Shown here piece after piece: positions 1 to 8,349 of a DNA stretch of 64,000 bases (positions are counted from its first letter, which is position 1; every line of letters starts with the position of its first letter). Source of the stretch: an uncultured delta proteobacterium (GTDB lineage Bacteria; Bdellovibrionota; FAC87; UBA2466); NCBI GenBank assembly GCA_963778115.1, contig CAVZSV010000004.1, forward strand, positions 2,784,001 to 2,848,000. The letters are read 5' to 3'. Under the pieces are notes generated by a model. The model saw only the letters and a program-made list of their open reading frames with translations, made no database searches and was not told the DNA's origin. The position numbers were made by a program, and so were the translations under genes.

Positions 1-90
1 CCGAGTCTTAAGAAAACTTTTTGGGGTTAGCACGTGAACAGGGAAATGAAATCAGAGCCAATACCATCTGAAAAAAGCGGTAATCAACCT

Positions 91-915
91 ATGACCGAAA
101 GGGAGTTTGATGATTATAAGCTGCACCGTCGTTTTGATAGGATGGGGCGGTTGGTTGGTGACGCCAAAATGAAGCGATTGATGGAGTCCCACGTTATGGT
201 TGTCGGATTGGGGGGTGTCGGTTCGTGGGCCGCCGAATCGATAGTGCGTTCGGGCGTTGGCAAGATTACTTTAGTGGATTTCGATGAGATCTGTGTCACC
301 AATGCGAATCGGCAACTTCACGCCCTTGCGGGAGACGTAGGAAAGAAAAAGGCTGAAGTGATGGCAGCACGGATGAAAGCAATCAATCCCCGGCTTGAAG
401 TGATCACTCTGCCCATTTTTTACAATCAAGAAACGCACGACGCGATTTTCGCCGCCCGCCCTGATTTTGTCATAGATGCCATCGATAACATGACGGCCAA
501 ATGCCAGCTTCTAACTTTCTGTAGACGAGAGAATATTCCGGTAGTCTGCTCCACTGGATCTGGGGGGCGGATGGATCCCACTTCGGTTAAAGTGACGGAT
601 TTGGGGCTAACTTCGGTCGATCCTTTAGCCAGAGAGCTTCGAAAAATATTACGTCAGAAATATGGTTTTCCTTTGGAAGAGGGGGCCACTTTTGGAATCC
701 TTGCCGTGTATTCGCAAGAGACAGTTCAGGAGCCTATGGAACTACACTATGATAATGGCAAAGGTTTTCGTTGTGTCTGCCCCAACGGGGATAACCCCTA
801 TTTCACCTGCGAGAGCAGAAATATTATCATGGGAAATGCCGGTTTTGTGACCGGTGCTTTCGGCTTGGCATGCGCCTCTGTCGCCGTTCGAAGTTTGTTA
901 GGGGACGGATTGTAG
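91..915 (+). CDS. tcdA: tRNA threonylcarbamoyladenosine dehydratase (ThiF/E1-like)
   Basis: RFDRMGRLVG, VVGLGGVGSW, LVDFDEICVTNANRQLHA, DAID, GSGGRMDPT and DPLARELRK motifs. The start could instead be an upstream in-frame codon (ORF opens at 34). Confidence 0.9.
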   Translation: MTEREFDDYKLHRRFDRMGRLVGDAKMKRLMESHVMVVGLGGVGSWAAESIVRSGVGKITLVDFDEICVTNANRQLHALAGDVGKKKAEVMAARMKAINPRLEVITLPIFYNQETHDAIFAARPDFVIDAIDNMTAKCQLLTFCRRENIPVVCSTGSGGRMDPTSVKVTDLGLTSVDPLARELRKILRQKYGFPLEEGATFGILAVYSQETVQEPMELHYDNGKGFRCVCPNGDNPYFTCESRNIIMGNAGFVTGAFGLACASVAVRSLLGDGL

Positions 916-2967
916 CCCCAAAAAGGCATGATACCGTTCGTGACTCTGTTCAATACCCTCTTGCGTGAAAAAATCGTCCCAATTTGACGATCCTGGAACT
1001 TCCGGATGGGTGAAACGTCGTTCGGTTACGACTTTATCGTTGAGACGATAGGAACGGATATTCTTCCTCAGGCCGTCATCGCCGTTTGAAGTTCCGTTGG
1101 GGCCAATTCTAGTCGCACTTACCGAAGATCGGCTGGTGATAGTGGCCCCTTTGCTCCCGACCCCGCCTCCTTTGCCTATGACATGAGCAAAAAGTGCGTC
1201 GCCAATCATGTCATGTTTTCCACTCTCCGATTCGAAAAAAGTATAAGCACCTATTCCTTGGACCCTAACGTTAGCGATGGTAATGCCGCCTTTTTCGCTC
1301 GTTTCCGACCGTTCCACTTTCCATATCCATCCTTGTTGTTTGGCATGTTTTTCATAGAGAGCAAGAAGCTCTCTATTTAGGAAGTGGGCATTTTCGCCAC
1401 CCGTTAAAGAATGGATATGCAAAAGCACCAGATCTTTGGTCATCTGTTGTGGTAGTTGCAAAGCAGTAAATAGTTGAGTGCGGGTTCGTGCCATCTCTTG
1501 CCTTGAAGCTCTTTTATGCTCATCGAAGCGAATGAAGGCTTGGACATAATTATCCATGGCGCCGATGACTCGAAGGGCGCGAGCTCCTTGCAGATCTTGG
1601 CTTAGCAGATTGCGGAACTGTCGGGGATTCAACCCAGGGTGGAGTTCCAGAAATAGGTCAGCGTTCTTGAAACTGGTTTCGACAAAATCGCGGACGCGCG
1701 GGGGTAAACTGGCCAAGGCACGTTGTTCCGCTTTCGAGTGCTGCTCTACTTGATGCAGATAACGATGAATGTCGGCGTGGATCGCAGCCACGTCGGGTTC
1801 AGAAACGTTTCTTAGTAACCATAATTCTTCATCCGGGGATGGGTCCTCTGCGGCCTCACTATTGAGGATGCCGGCCAAGACATTGGTTCGATCTTGCATT
1901 ACTTGGCGCAGCCGTTCCCTTAGCGGAATTAGCCCTTCCAAGCGAGAAAGAGTGGCCGCCATCACCGACGAATAGGTCCTATGTTGCAGCCATGCCGCGC
2001 GTGCGCAGAGTTCGTCGAGTCGGTCGTAAGGAGAACAGCGGGTGGGATCGGAAACGTAATCCTCTTGGATCTGAGCACTCCGTGTCGGCTTAGCGTCCTG
2101 CGCTTCGATCACCGTATCATCCGAGTGGCCACTATAATCTTGATCGATAATGCTGGAAATAAATTCGCGTAACTGGAAAAAAGAGGTGTCGGTGTCGGCG
2201 TTAATTAAGCAACGATGGTATGCCTCTATCGCTCGGTATGAAGAACGAAGTGGCTCACGTTCAAGTGCCGTAAGCCGATGCTCTCTGGTGTTGGGGGCTT
2301 CTGACCAACTCACCACTGAGGAGAAAGCATTATGTAAAACCTCTTGCTCGCGAGAGCCGAGTTGTTGCCACAAGAAATGGCCTCGCTGAATGAGAGGCAG
2401 CCAACGGGCAAAATTAAGACGAAGAGCGTCTACCGTCGCCTGGATTTTAGGATTGAGCGCGGTATTAAGAGTAAACGTCAGTGCATCAATGCTATTTCGA
2501 AAGCCGGGGGGCGCGGTTCGGTGAAGATGTTGGATCTCCTCCACCGTACGACGAACCTCGTGTTTCAGACGGTGAAATTCGTCCCAAAGAGGTGTGCTGT
2601 CGCAGAGTAATTCATGTTCACGGCGAAAGGCAGGGACAAACTGGTGCTTACGTAACCAATAGCAGTGGCCTTTTAGCAGACGCCACATCTCCCATTCCCA
2701 AGCGGAAACCCAAAGATCGGACCGGCTTTCTCCGGTATAGCGCAGGCTAGCATCAACCTCCGAAGAGGCGACTCTCTCAAGTGAGTCGATAGCGGCCAGT
2801 ACGAAATGGGGGCAGCTTGCTGCCACTGGGGCGGTTGCCGATGGTGTCGGAGAAGCGGCAGCCGCCTGCGAAGCCATCACCGAGGCTGACAAAATAGCAA
2901 TGAATGTTAATAGCTTAACCAAAAAATACCTAAAAATTCCCTTTCGGAGTGGGACGATTCTTACCAA
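898..2967 (-). CDS. Signal-peptide protein with C-terminal class I release factor PCRF-like domain, lacking GGQ
   Basis: N-terminal hydrophobic segment ending SQAAAA. C-terminal LHIHSLTGGENA..LY..A...GW......SEKGG..ESESGKH..NIRSY..VTERR parallels RF1/RF2 domains 2 and 4. Confidence 0.75.
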   Translation of the reverse strand: MVRIVPLRKGIFRYFLVKLLTFIAILSASVMASQAAAASPTPSATAPVAASCPHFVLAAIDSLERVASSEVDASLRYTGESRSDLWVSAWEWEMWRLLKGHCYWLRKHQFVPAFRREHELLCDSTPLWDEFHRLKHEVRRTVEEIQHLHRTAPPGFRNSIDALTFTLNTALNPKIQATVDALRLNFARWLPLIQRGHFLWQQLGSREQEVLHNAFSSVVSWSEAPNTREHRLTALEREPLRSSYRAIEAYHRCLINADTDTSFFQLREFISSIIDQDYSGHSDDTVIEAQDAKPTRSAQIQEDYVSDPTRCSPYDRLDELCARAAWLQHRTYSSVMAATLSRLEGLIPLRERLRQVMQDRTNVLAGILNSEAAEDPSPDEELWLLRNVSEPDVAAIHADIHRYLHQVEQHSKAEQRALASLPPRVRDFVETSFKNADLFLELHPGLNPRQFRNLLSQDLQGARALRVIGAMDNYVQAFIRFDEHKRASRQEMARTRTQLFTALQLPQQMTKDLVLLHIHSLTGGENAHFLNRELLALYEKHAKQQGWIWKVERSETSEKGGITIANVRVQGIGAYTFFESESGKHDMIGDALFAHVIGKGGGVGSKGATITSRSSVSATRIGPNGTSNGDDGLRKNIRSYRLNDKVVTERRFTHPEVPGSSNWDDFFTQEGIEQSHERYHAFLGLQSVP

Positions 2968-3081
2968 TTTTGACTAATTGCGTCAATTCCTCTGGTAAGG
3001 TTTCCCTAGATTGTGTTTCGTGAAATTAAACAGAAACGGAGACTCTCTTTGCATTTGCTTTGGAACGTCATAGCTAGCGAG

Positions 3082-3639
3082 ATGGGCACCCTAGAATGGG
3101 TAGCGGCTCTTTTAGGAGCCTTGAGCGTTTGGCTTACGATAAAGCAGAAGGTGGTGAGCTGGCCGATAGGTGCCGTGATGGCGGCGCTTTATATTTATGT
3201 TTTCCGCGAGGCCAGGTTGTATGCCGACATGGGGCTGCAGGGAATCTACCTTTTGCTTCAATTATACGGATGGTACGAATGGGGTAGTAAAGCGAGCGAC
3301 GGGCATTCGATAACGGTGTCTCGAATTTCGTATCTTCAGGCAGCGATTCTTTTTCTATTGGCTTTAGTCTTTGCGGTAGGCCTTGGGCAGTTCTTGAAAT
3401 TTCATACCGATGCGGCTTTGCCATTCCTGGATTCTGCGATAACGGCCTTTAGTCTCGCTGCCCAATGGATGCTGGCGAAAAAGAAAATAGAGAACTGGCC
3501 CGTATGGTTTGTCGTGGATGTGGTGGCGGTGGGAGTGTTCGCCTATAAAGGATTATATGCAACAGCACTATTGTATTTTGTCTTTTGCGGCATGGCGGTA
3601 GCCGGTTACCGGGTTTGGTTAAGAGAGCTAGCCAAATGA
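3082..3639 (+). CDS. pnuC: Nicotinamide riboside transporter PnuC
   Basis: Multi-TM protein with WPIG, LYADMGLQ, YGWYEW, LAAQWMLAKKKIENWPVW motifs. ATG at 3082. Confidence 0.9.
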   Translation: MGTLEWVAALLGALSVWLTIKQKVVSWPIGAVMAALYIYVFREARLYADMGLQGIYLLLQLYGWYEWGSKASDGHSITVSRISYLQAAILFLLALVFAVGLGQFLKFHTDAALPFLDSAITAFSLAAQWMLAKKKIENWPVWFVVDVVAVGVFAYKGLYATALLYFVFCGMAVAGYRVWLRELAK

Positions 3640-4154
3640 AAGCTATCAAACGGGTCGCCATTATTGGTCCTCAGTCTACCGGAAAGACTTGGTTGGCGCG
3701 CGATCTGGCCACGCACTTCGATACGGTCTGGGTGCCCGAATATGCTCGCTTGTATGCCGACGAGAAGAAGACTCCTCTTGATAAAACCGATGTCGAAGCT
3801 ATCGCCAAAGGTCATATCCTGGCAGAGGAGAGGGCGGTTCCGAAAGCAAATCGCTATCTCTTTGTGGATACCGATATCATTATGACCGCGGTTTACGCGG
3901 AACTCTATTATGGAAGCTGCCCGGATTGGATAAAGAAAGTTTCGTATGAAAAACGTTACGATCTTTACTTTCTAACGAGCCCCGACGTGCCTTGGATAGA
4001 GGATCTCCAGCGAGATCTCCCCGATCGCGAAGCGTTTCTTAAAATACTAGAAAGGGAGCTCAAAGAACGAAGTATCTCTTACACGCTGATCCGCGGGACA
4101 TGGGAAAATCGGAAGACCACCGCCATTGCCGCCGTGGAACGGCTACGTTTTTAG
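3636..4154 (+). CDS. NadR-like P-loop kinase (AAA_28), kinase domain only
   Basis: Walker A GPQSTGKT, VPEYAR, FVDTD, YDLYFLTSPDVPW. ATGA overlap with pnuC. Confidence 0.85.
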   Translation: MKAIKRVAIIGPQSTGKTWLARDLATHFDTVWVPEYARLYADEKKTPLDKTDVEAIAKGHILAEERAVPKANRYLFVDTDIIMTAVYAELYYGSCPDWIKKVSYEKRYDLYFLTSPDVPWIEDLQRDLPDREAFLKILERELKERSISYTLIRGTWENRKTTAIAAVERLRF

Positions 4155-4801
4155 ATAGTTTGAAATACAGACTCTTGGGAGTACCTGACTTTCGGCGCGG
4201 CTGCGTATTTGTCGTCTGCGGCACGATATCCGAAAGCGCACGCGCAAAGAGTTCCGAATTTGGAGTCCTTGAGTCCGAGAAGCTCGTCATACTTAACCGG
4301 ATCGATCCCTTCCATCGGACAAGTATCGATGCCAAGCAGGGCCGCCGAAGTCAGAATATTCCCTAAAGCGATGTAAGCTTGTAAAGCGGCCCATTGCGAA
4401 ATCATTCGGCTCCGAGGCCCTTTCAATAGATCTCCGACCATCATATCCCGATAGAATTTCAGCGTATCCCGGCTCACTTTTCGGACTTCGATGACGCGAT
4501 CCAGATAACGATCGATATCCTCTTCCCCCAAGGATCGAGCGGCTGCTAGGACCACAAAATGAGAAGCGTCCTTTACTTGAGTCTGGTTCCACGAAGCGGG
4601 AGTGAGCTGTTCGCGCATTTTTGGACTCTCGATGACCAAAAACTTCCAAGGTTGTAGGCCGTAAGAAGAGGGGCTTAGTACGAGACTCTCCCGAAGGGCG
4701 TTCCAATCGGAAGCTGGAATCTTTTTGACGGAGTCAAATTTCTTTACGGCGTAACGCCATTTGAGTTGTTCGATTAGGTCGTTAGCGGCAATTTTAGACA
4801 T
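4151..4801 (-). CDS. NAD(P)H nitroreductase, NfsB-like
   Basis: WRYAVKKFD, LSPSSYGLQPW, IDTCPMEG, KVR motifs. GGAGG RBS before ATG 4801. Confidence 0.9.
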   Translation of the reverse strand: MSKIAANDLIEQLKWRYAVKKFDSVKKIPASDWNALRESLVLSPSSYGLQPWKFLVIESPKMREQLTPASWNQTQVKDASHFVVLAAARSLGEEDIDRYLDRVIEVRKVSRDTLKFYRDMMVGDLLKGPRSRMISQWAALQAYIALGNILTSAALLGIDTCPMEGIDPVKYDELLGLKDSKFGTLCACAFGYRAADDKYAAAPKVRYSQESVFQTI

Positions 4802-4888
4802 CGGTTCCTCCCCACGTAGTCTTTTTCTAAACAAGTTTTGTCCGGTTGTCGAGTTGACAAGATTATGGGGGGAGAGGAGGGTTTGCGG

Positions 4889-5251
4889 ATGTTCATCCTG
4901 AGTCAAGTTTTGATAGCAATTGTGGCGGCCCTGCACCTTTATTTCTTTTATTTGGAGACTTTTCTTTGGAACTCTCCCAAAGGGAGAAAAATATTTAGGA
5001 TGAGTGAAGTCCAAGCTTCCACCACGGCAAGTCTTGCGTCCAACCAGGGGGTTTACAATGCGCTTCTGGCGTTGGGGCTCATTCTCACCTTTTTCCTGGA
5101 CCGGAAAAACGCCTTCGTGATGGCTTGTTATCTACTTAGTTTTATTTTTGTGGTCGGTGTTTACGGAGCGGCTTCCGTAAACCGGCGGATTCTTTTTTTT
5201 CAGGCAATTCCCGCCGTTATTGGCCTGGCTTTGGTTTGGCTGTCCCATTAG
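4889..5251 (+). CDS. DUF1304 family membrane protein
   Basis: LHLYFFYLETFLW, NQGVYN, VGVYGA and FFQAIPA motifs. AGGAGG RBS. Confidence 0.85.
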   Translation: MFILSQVLIAIVAALHLYFFYLETFLWNSPKGRKIFRMSEVQASTTASLASNQGVYNALLALGLILTFFLDRKNAFVMACYLLSFIFVVGVYGAASVNRRILFFQAIPAVIGLALVWLSH

Positions 5252-6230
5252 GGATTTTGAGCGCTTCGGTTTCGGCATCGGAAAGTGGCTGGGTGTCCGG
5301 GAGGTAGGCTCCTGTGACACGCCGGTTTCCATCTCCGATGGCAAGATAGGCGACATGAAATTTCTGAGCCTGTTGGAAGCGGGCGATAAGAACCTGTGAA
5401 TTGGTCCAGCCTTGGGGAACATCGGCGTTCGGATAAAAGGCCATCACGGCCCCAAGCTGTCCGAAGATGATCTTTGCGACTTTGGTGTAGTAGTTAGTTT
5501 CCAAAGTCATATTCCAAACCTCCGCATACGGAAATTCCAAATTACTCAGCACTTCGTTACTCCACCAGGAAAGATTCACGAAGTTAAATGTCTGTTTTAA
5601 TCCATAGGGGGCCAAAGCCTTTTTTGTTTCTTGCAAGAAGGCTTGGGTTCCGTTGGTTTCGGCGGTGTAGTCTCCGGCAATTGGGCCGAGAGAGTCCCAA
5701 TGAATGCCATCGAAGCCCATGGCTTTGATCTCGGGCGCCCATGTTTGCACCATATGATCCGCCCAAGCCGCATTCAAAAAGTAGCAGGGAAATTTCCCCT
5801 CGTGCCAGTACCAGACATTATTGGCATCGATAAGAGGATAGATCTGTTTTGAAGGGTCTGCCCAAGTCGTCTCTTCGGCGGCGACGGACTGAACGTAGGC
5901 CCACGCTCTACCGCCTTGTTTGTGAATTTCATCCAGATAGATAATTAAGGAGCTTCGACAGATCTGACGCTGATGCAACCAAGGGTCGGTCCAGATATTT
6001 CCCATAGTGGGGTGAGAATAATCCGCAAACCAGTCGTAAAATTGAAACTCTTTGATGCCGAACTCTTGCACCATGGTATCCACTGTCGATCGCAGCGTGG
6101 CTTCGTCCTGACATTCAAAAGTAGAGAGATAACCGTAGCGTCCCTTTAGAGGATTTGCGGAGACAGACGTAGAAGACAGAAAAACTATGCAAACCACAAT
6201 CTGAAAGTAAATGATCGTTCGTACTGGCAA
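5217..6230 (-). CDS. Secreted glycoside hydrolase, GH66 (dextranase)-like catalytic domain
   Basis: Signal peptide, then RYGYLS, FQFYDW and GFDGIHWDSLG motifs. Confidence 0.7.
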   Translation of the reverse strand: MPVRTIIYFQIVVCIVFLSSTSVSANPLKGRYGYLSTFECQDEATLRSTVDTMVQEFGIKEFQFYDWFADYSHPTMGNIWTDPWLHQRQICRSSLIIYLDEIHKQGGRAWAYVQSVAAEETTWADPSKQIYPLIDANNVWYWHEGKFPCYFLNAAWADHMVQTWAPEIKAMGFDGIHWDSLGPIAGDYTAETNGTQAFLQETKKALAPYGLKQTFNFVNLSWWSNEVLSNLEFPYAEVWNMTLETNYYTKVAKIIFGQLGAVMAFYPNADVPQGWTNSQVLIARFQQAQKFHVAYLAIGDGNRRVTGAYLPDTQPLSDAETEALKIPNGTAKPKPGQ

Positions 6231-6252
6231 TGGCTCCCCCTCTACGGGGCCA

Positions 6253-6528
6253 TTATAACGTTTCTCCCTGGATTATCGCCTGCGGTGCGGCGGTGAGACG
6301 AAAACTCCTGCGTACCCCAACGCCAAAGGACCCGTAAGCCCCCAAACCCAAAAAAACGAGAAAAGACAAAATATACTCGTCGCGCGATGGATAAACCAAG
6401 ATCCGAGATCCGAAAAAAAGAAATAAAAAAACAAAAACGTCAGCGACGGAATAGATCACTAACCTCTGCGACCTCCGAAATGGCCTCGTGCAAATAGGTC
6501 GGCGCCACGCTGTGATTCGTTCGTTCAC
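6253..6528 (-). CDS. Small hypothetical membrane protein (2 TM)
   Basis: Two hydrophobic segments; fills the gap between co-oriented genes; start uncertain. Confidence 0.4.
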   Translation of the reverse strand: MNERITAWRRPICTRPFRRSQRLVIYSVADVFVFLFLFFGSRILVYPSRDEYILSFLVFLGLGAYGSFGVGVRRSFRLTAAPQAIIQGETL

Positions 6529-6563
6529 AATGTGGCGCCGTTGGTTTTAATAGCGAAATTGTA

Positions 6564-6854
6564 TTACGCGGCCTTTTTCATCGGGTGCACGACGGGTTTG
6601 CCCATTTGGCTAAGGCATTCGTCTTTCCAACCGTGAGCGACAGCGGCTTTGTAGCTTGCCGATGCGGCGGAGGCCCAGTTAGCTTCATTGGCAAAACGGC
6701 GAGCATAGCGTTTGCAACGCTCGAGCGTCCATTTCACTTTCATGACCTGGGCGGCATCGCGTGCCGAGACAACATTCTCTTTCCCTTTTTTCGCGTCTTT
6801 GGCGTTTGCTTTATTGGCAGCAGCTGGAGCTTTGGCGGTATTGTTTTCTGACAT
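6564..6854 (-). CDS. Small basic hypothetical protein
   Basis: GAGGGGG RBS and ATG; Ala/Lys-rich N-terminus followed by a WTLERC..A...SYKAA..GW..C module. Confidence 0.75.
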   Translation of the reverse strand: MSENNTAKAPAAANKANAKDAKKGKENVVSARDAAQVMKVKWTLERCKRYARRFANEANWASAASASYKAAVAHGWKDECLSQMGKPVVHPMKKAA

Positions 6855-6981
6855 GAGTCCCCCCTCTTCATTAGATGACAGAGTCTATAGTAGGCGCTGT
6901 TTGTGTGGTGGTGAGGGTGAGGGTGTGTGAGTATGGTGAGGGGAATGTGGAGGGACTGGCATAATTGCTGAAAAAGCAGAA

Positions 6982-8328
6982 TTACTGCAACCCATACTCC
7001 TTCCTCTTTCTCCATAGGGTAACGGTCGTAATCCCCAAACTTTTTGCCACCTTCTCTAGATTACTCTCCTGAGATAGTGCCCGCTCGATATGATGCCGCT
7101 CTAATTCCTCTAGAGAGATAATCGGTCCCTCATCCGTCTTTCCCGAAATTCTCCTATTAAGAATGCTATCGGGAAGGTCACTTTCTTGAATGTCTCTTCC
7201 CGCCGACAACATAAGAAGCCGTTCCAAGACATTGCGAAGCTCGCGAATATTACCTGGCCAGGAGTATTCGAGCAGTCGCCTCATCACATTTTCCGGGATG
7301 GTAGCGGGGGAGGTCTCACCGATCTTAGATCTGAGCTCTCGATAGATCCGGTGGATCATCACTGGAGCATCTTCTCGTCGATGGCGCAAAGGAACCAAAG
7401 TGCATTCAAGGACATTTAATCTGAAATAGAGATCTTCACGGAAAGTTCCGTTCTTTACCGCTTCATCGAGTTTTTTATTTGTGGCGGCAATGATGCGGGT
7501 ATCGACGCTGATGTCATCATGACCTCCCACTCTTTGAAAGACCCGGTCTTGAAGAAATCGAAGTAGCTTCATTTGACCCGCAAGCGAGATATCTCCGATC
7601 TCATCCAGGAAGAGGGTCCCTCCATCGGCTTGCTCTAATTTTCCAGAAGTATCGTGCAGCGCTCCGGTGAAGGCACCCCTGACGTGTCCAAAGAGTTCCG
7701 ACTCGAGAATAGACTCCGCCAGCGTGGTGCACTGGACCGTCACGAAAGGGCCCTTTGCCCTTAATGAGATTTCGTGAATAAGTTTCGCAAGCTCACTTTT
7801 TCCGGTCCCGCTTTCACCTAGCAAGAGCACCGTTCCTTCCGTAGGAGCTAATCTGCGAACGAACTCTTCGAGTCTTTGGCTGGCAGGTGAGGTAAATCCG
7901 GCGAAATAACTTTTCCGGAAGCTAGATCGCTTAAGCTCTCGATTTTCGCGCTTGAGGGCAACCAGGGTCCGGACTTTTTCCAAAAGGTGGATAAGTTGCT
8001 CGTTCTTAAATGGTTTGGGAAGGTAATCAAATGCTCCGGCTTTCACTACGTTCACCGCATTTTCGTAAGAGGCGAAAGCGGTCATTACCACGATCACCGG
8101 AGAGTCGGGTTGGGCTTGCAGTTTCCTGACCAGATCTAAACCGGTGACCCCTTCCATCCGAAAATCGGTGAGGACAAAATCAAAGGCCTGATGCTTCGCC
8201 TTTTCGAGAGCTTCCGTTACGTTGTGGGCCTGGACAACAGTACATCCATGGTCGGAAAGGCTAAGCTTCAGAGTGCGACAGATATTGAGATCGTCGTCTA
8301 CTAACAAAGCGTTTAGCGGGATAGGCAT
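6982..8328 (-). CDS. Sigma54-dependent response regulator (REC-AAA+-Fis HTH), AlgB-like
   Basis: LLVDDD, D-phosphoacceptor region VLTDFRM, GESGTGK, ESELFGH, GAFTGA, WPGNIREL, TLWRKRKEYGL. Confidence 0.93.
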   Translation of the reverse strand: MPIPLNALLVDDDLNICRTLKLSLSDHGCTVVQAHNVTEALEKAKHQAFDFVLTDFRMEGVTGLDLVRKLQAQPDSPVIVVMTAFASYENAVNVVKAGAFDYLPKPFKNEQLIHLLEKVRTLVALKRENRELKRSSFRKSYFAGFTSPASQRLEEFVRRLAPTEGTVLLLGESGTGKSELAKLIHEISLRAKGPFVTVQCTTLAESILESELFGHVRGAFTGALHDTSGKLEQADGGTLFLDEIGDISLAGQMKLLRFLQDRVFQRVGGHDDISVDTRIIAATNKKLDEAVKNGTFREDLYFRLNVLECTLVPLRHRREDAPVMIHRIYRELRSKIGETSPATIPENVMRRLLEYSWPGNIRELRNVLERLLMLSAGRDIQESDLPDSILNRRISGKTDEGPIISLEELERHHIERALSQESNLEKVAKSLGITTVTLWRKRKEYGLQ

Positions 8329-8349
8329 GACATTCTCCTTCAGCCTTTC

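Noticed and set aside
898..1435. Genuine prfA/prfB or a prfB frameshift
   Set aside because: No GGQ in the ORF, domains 2 and 4 are joined in frame, and the long N-terminus is unrelated.
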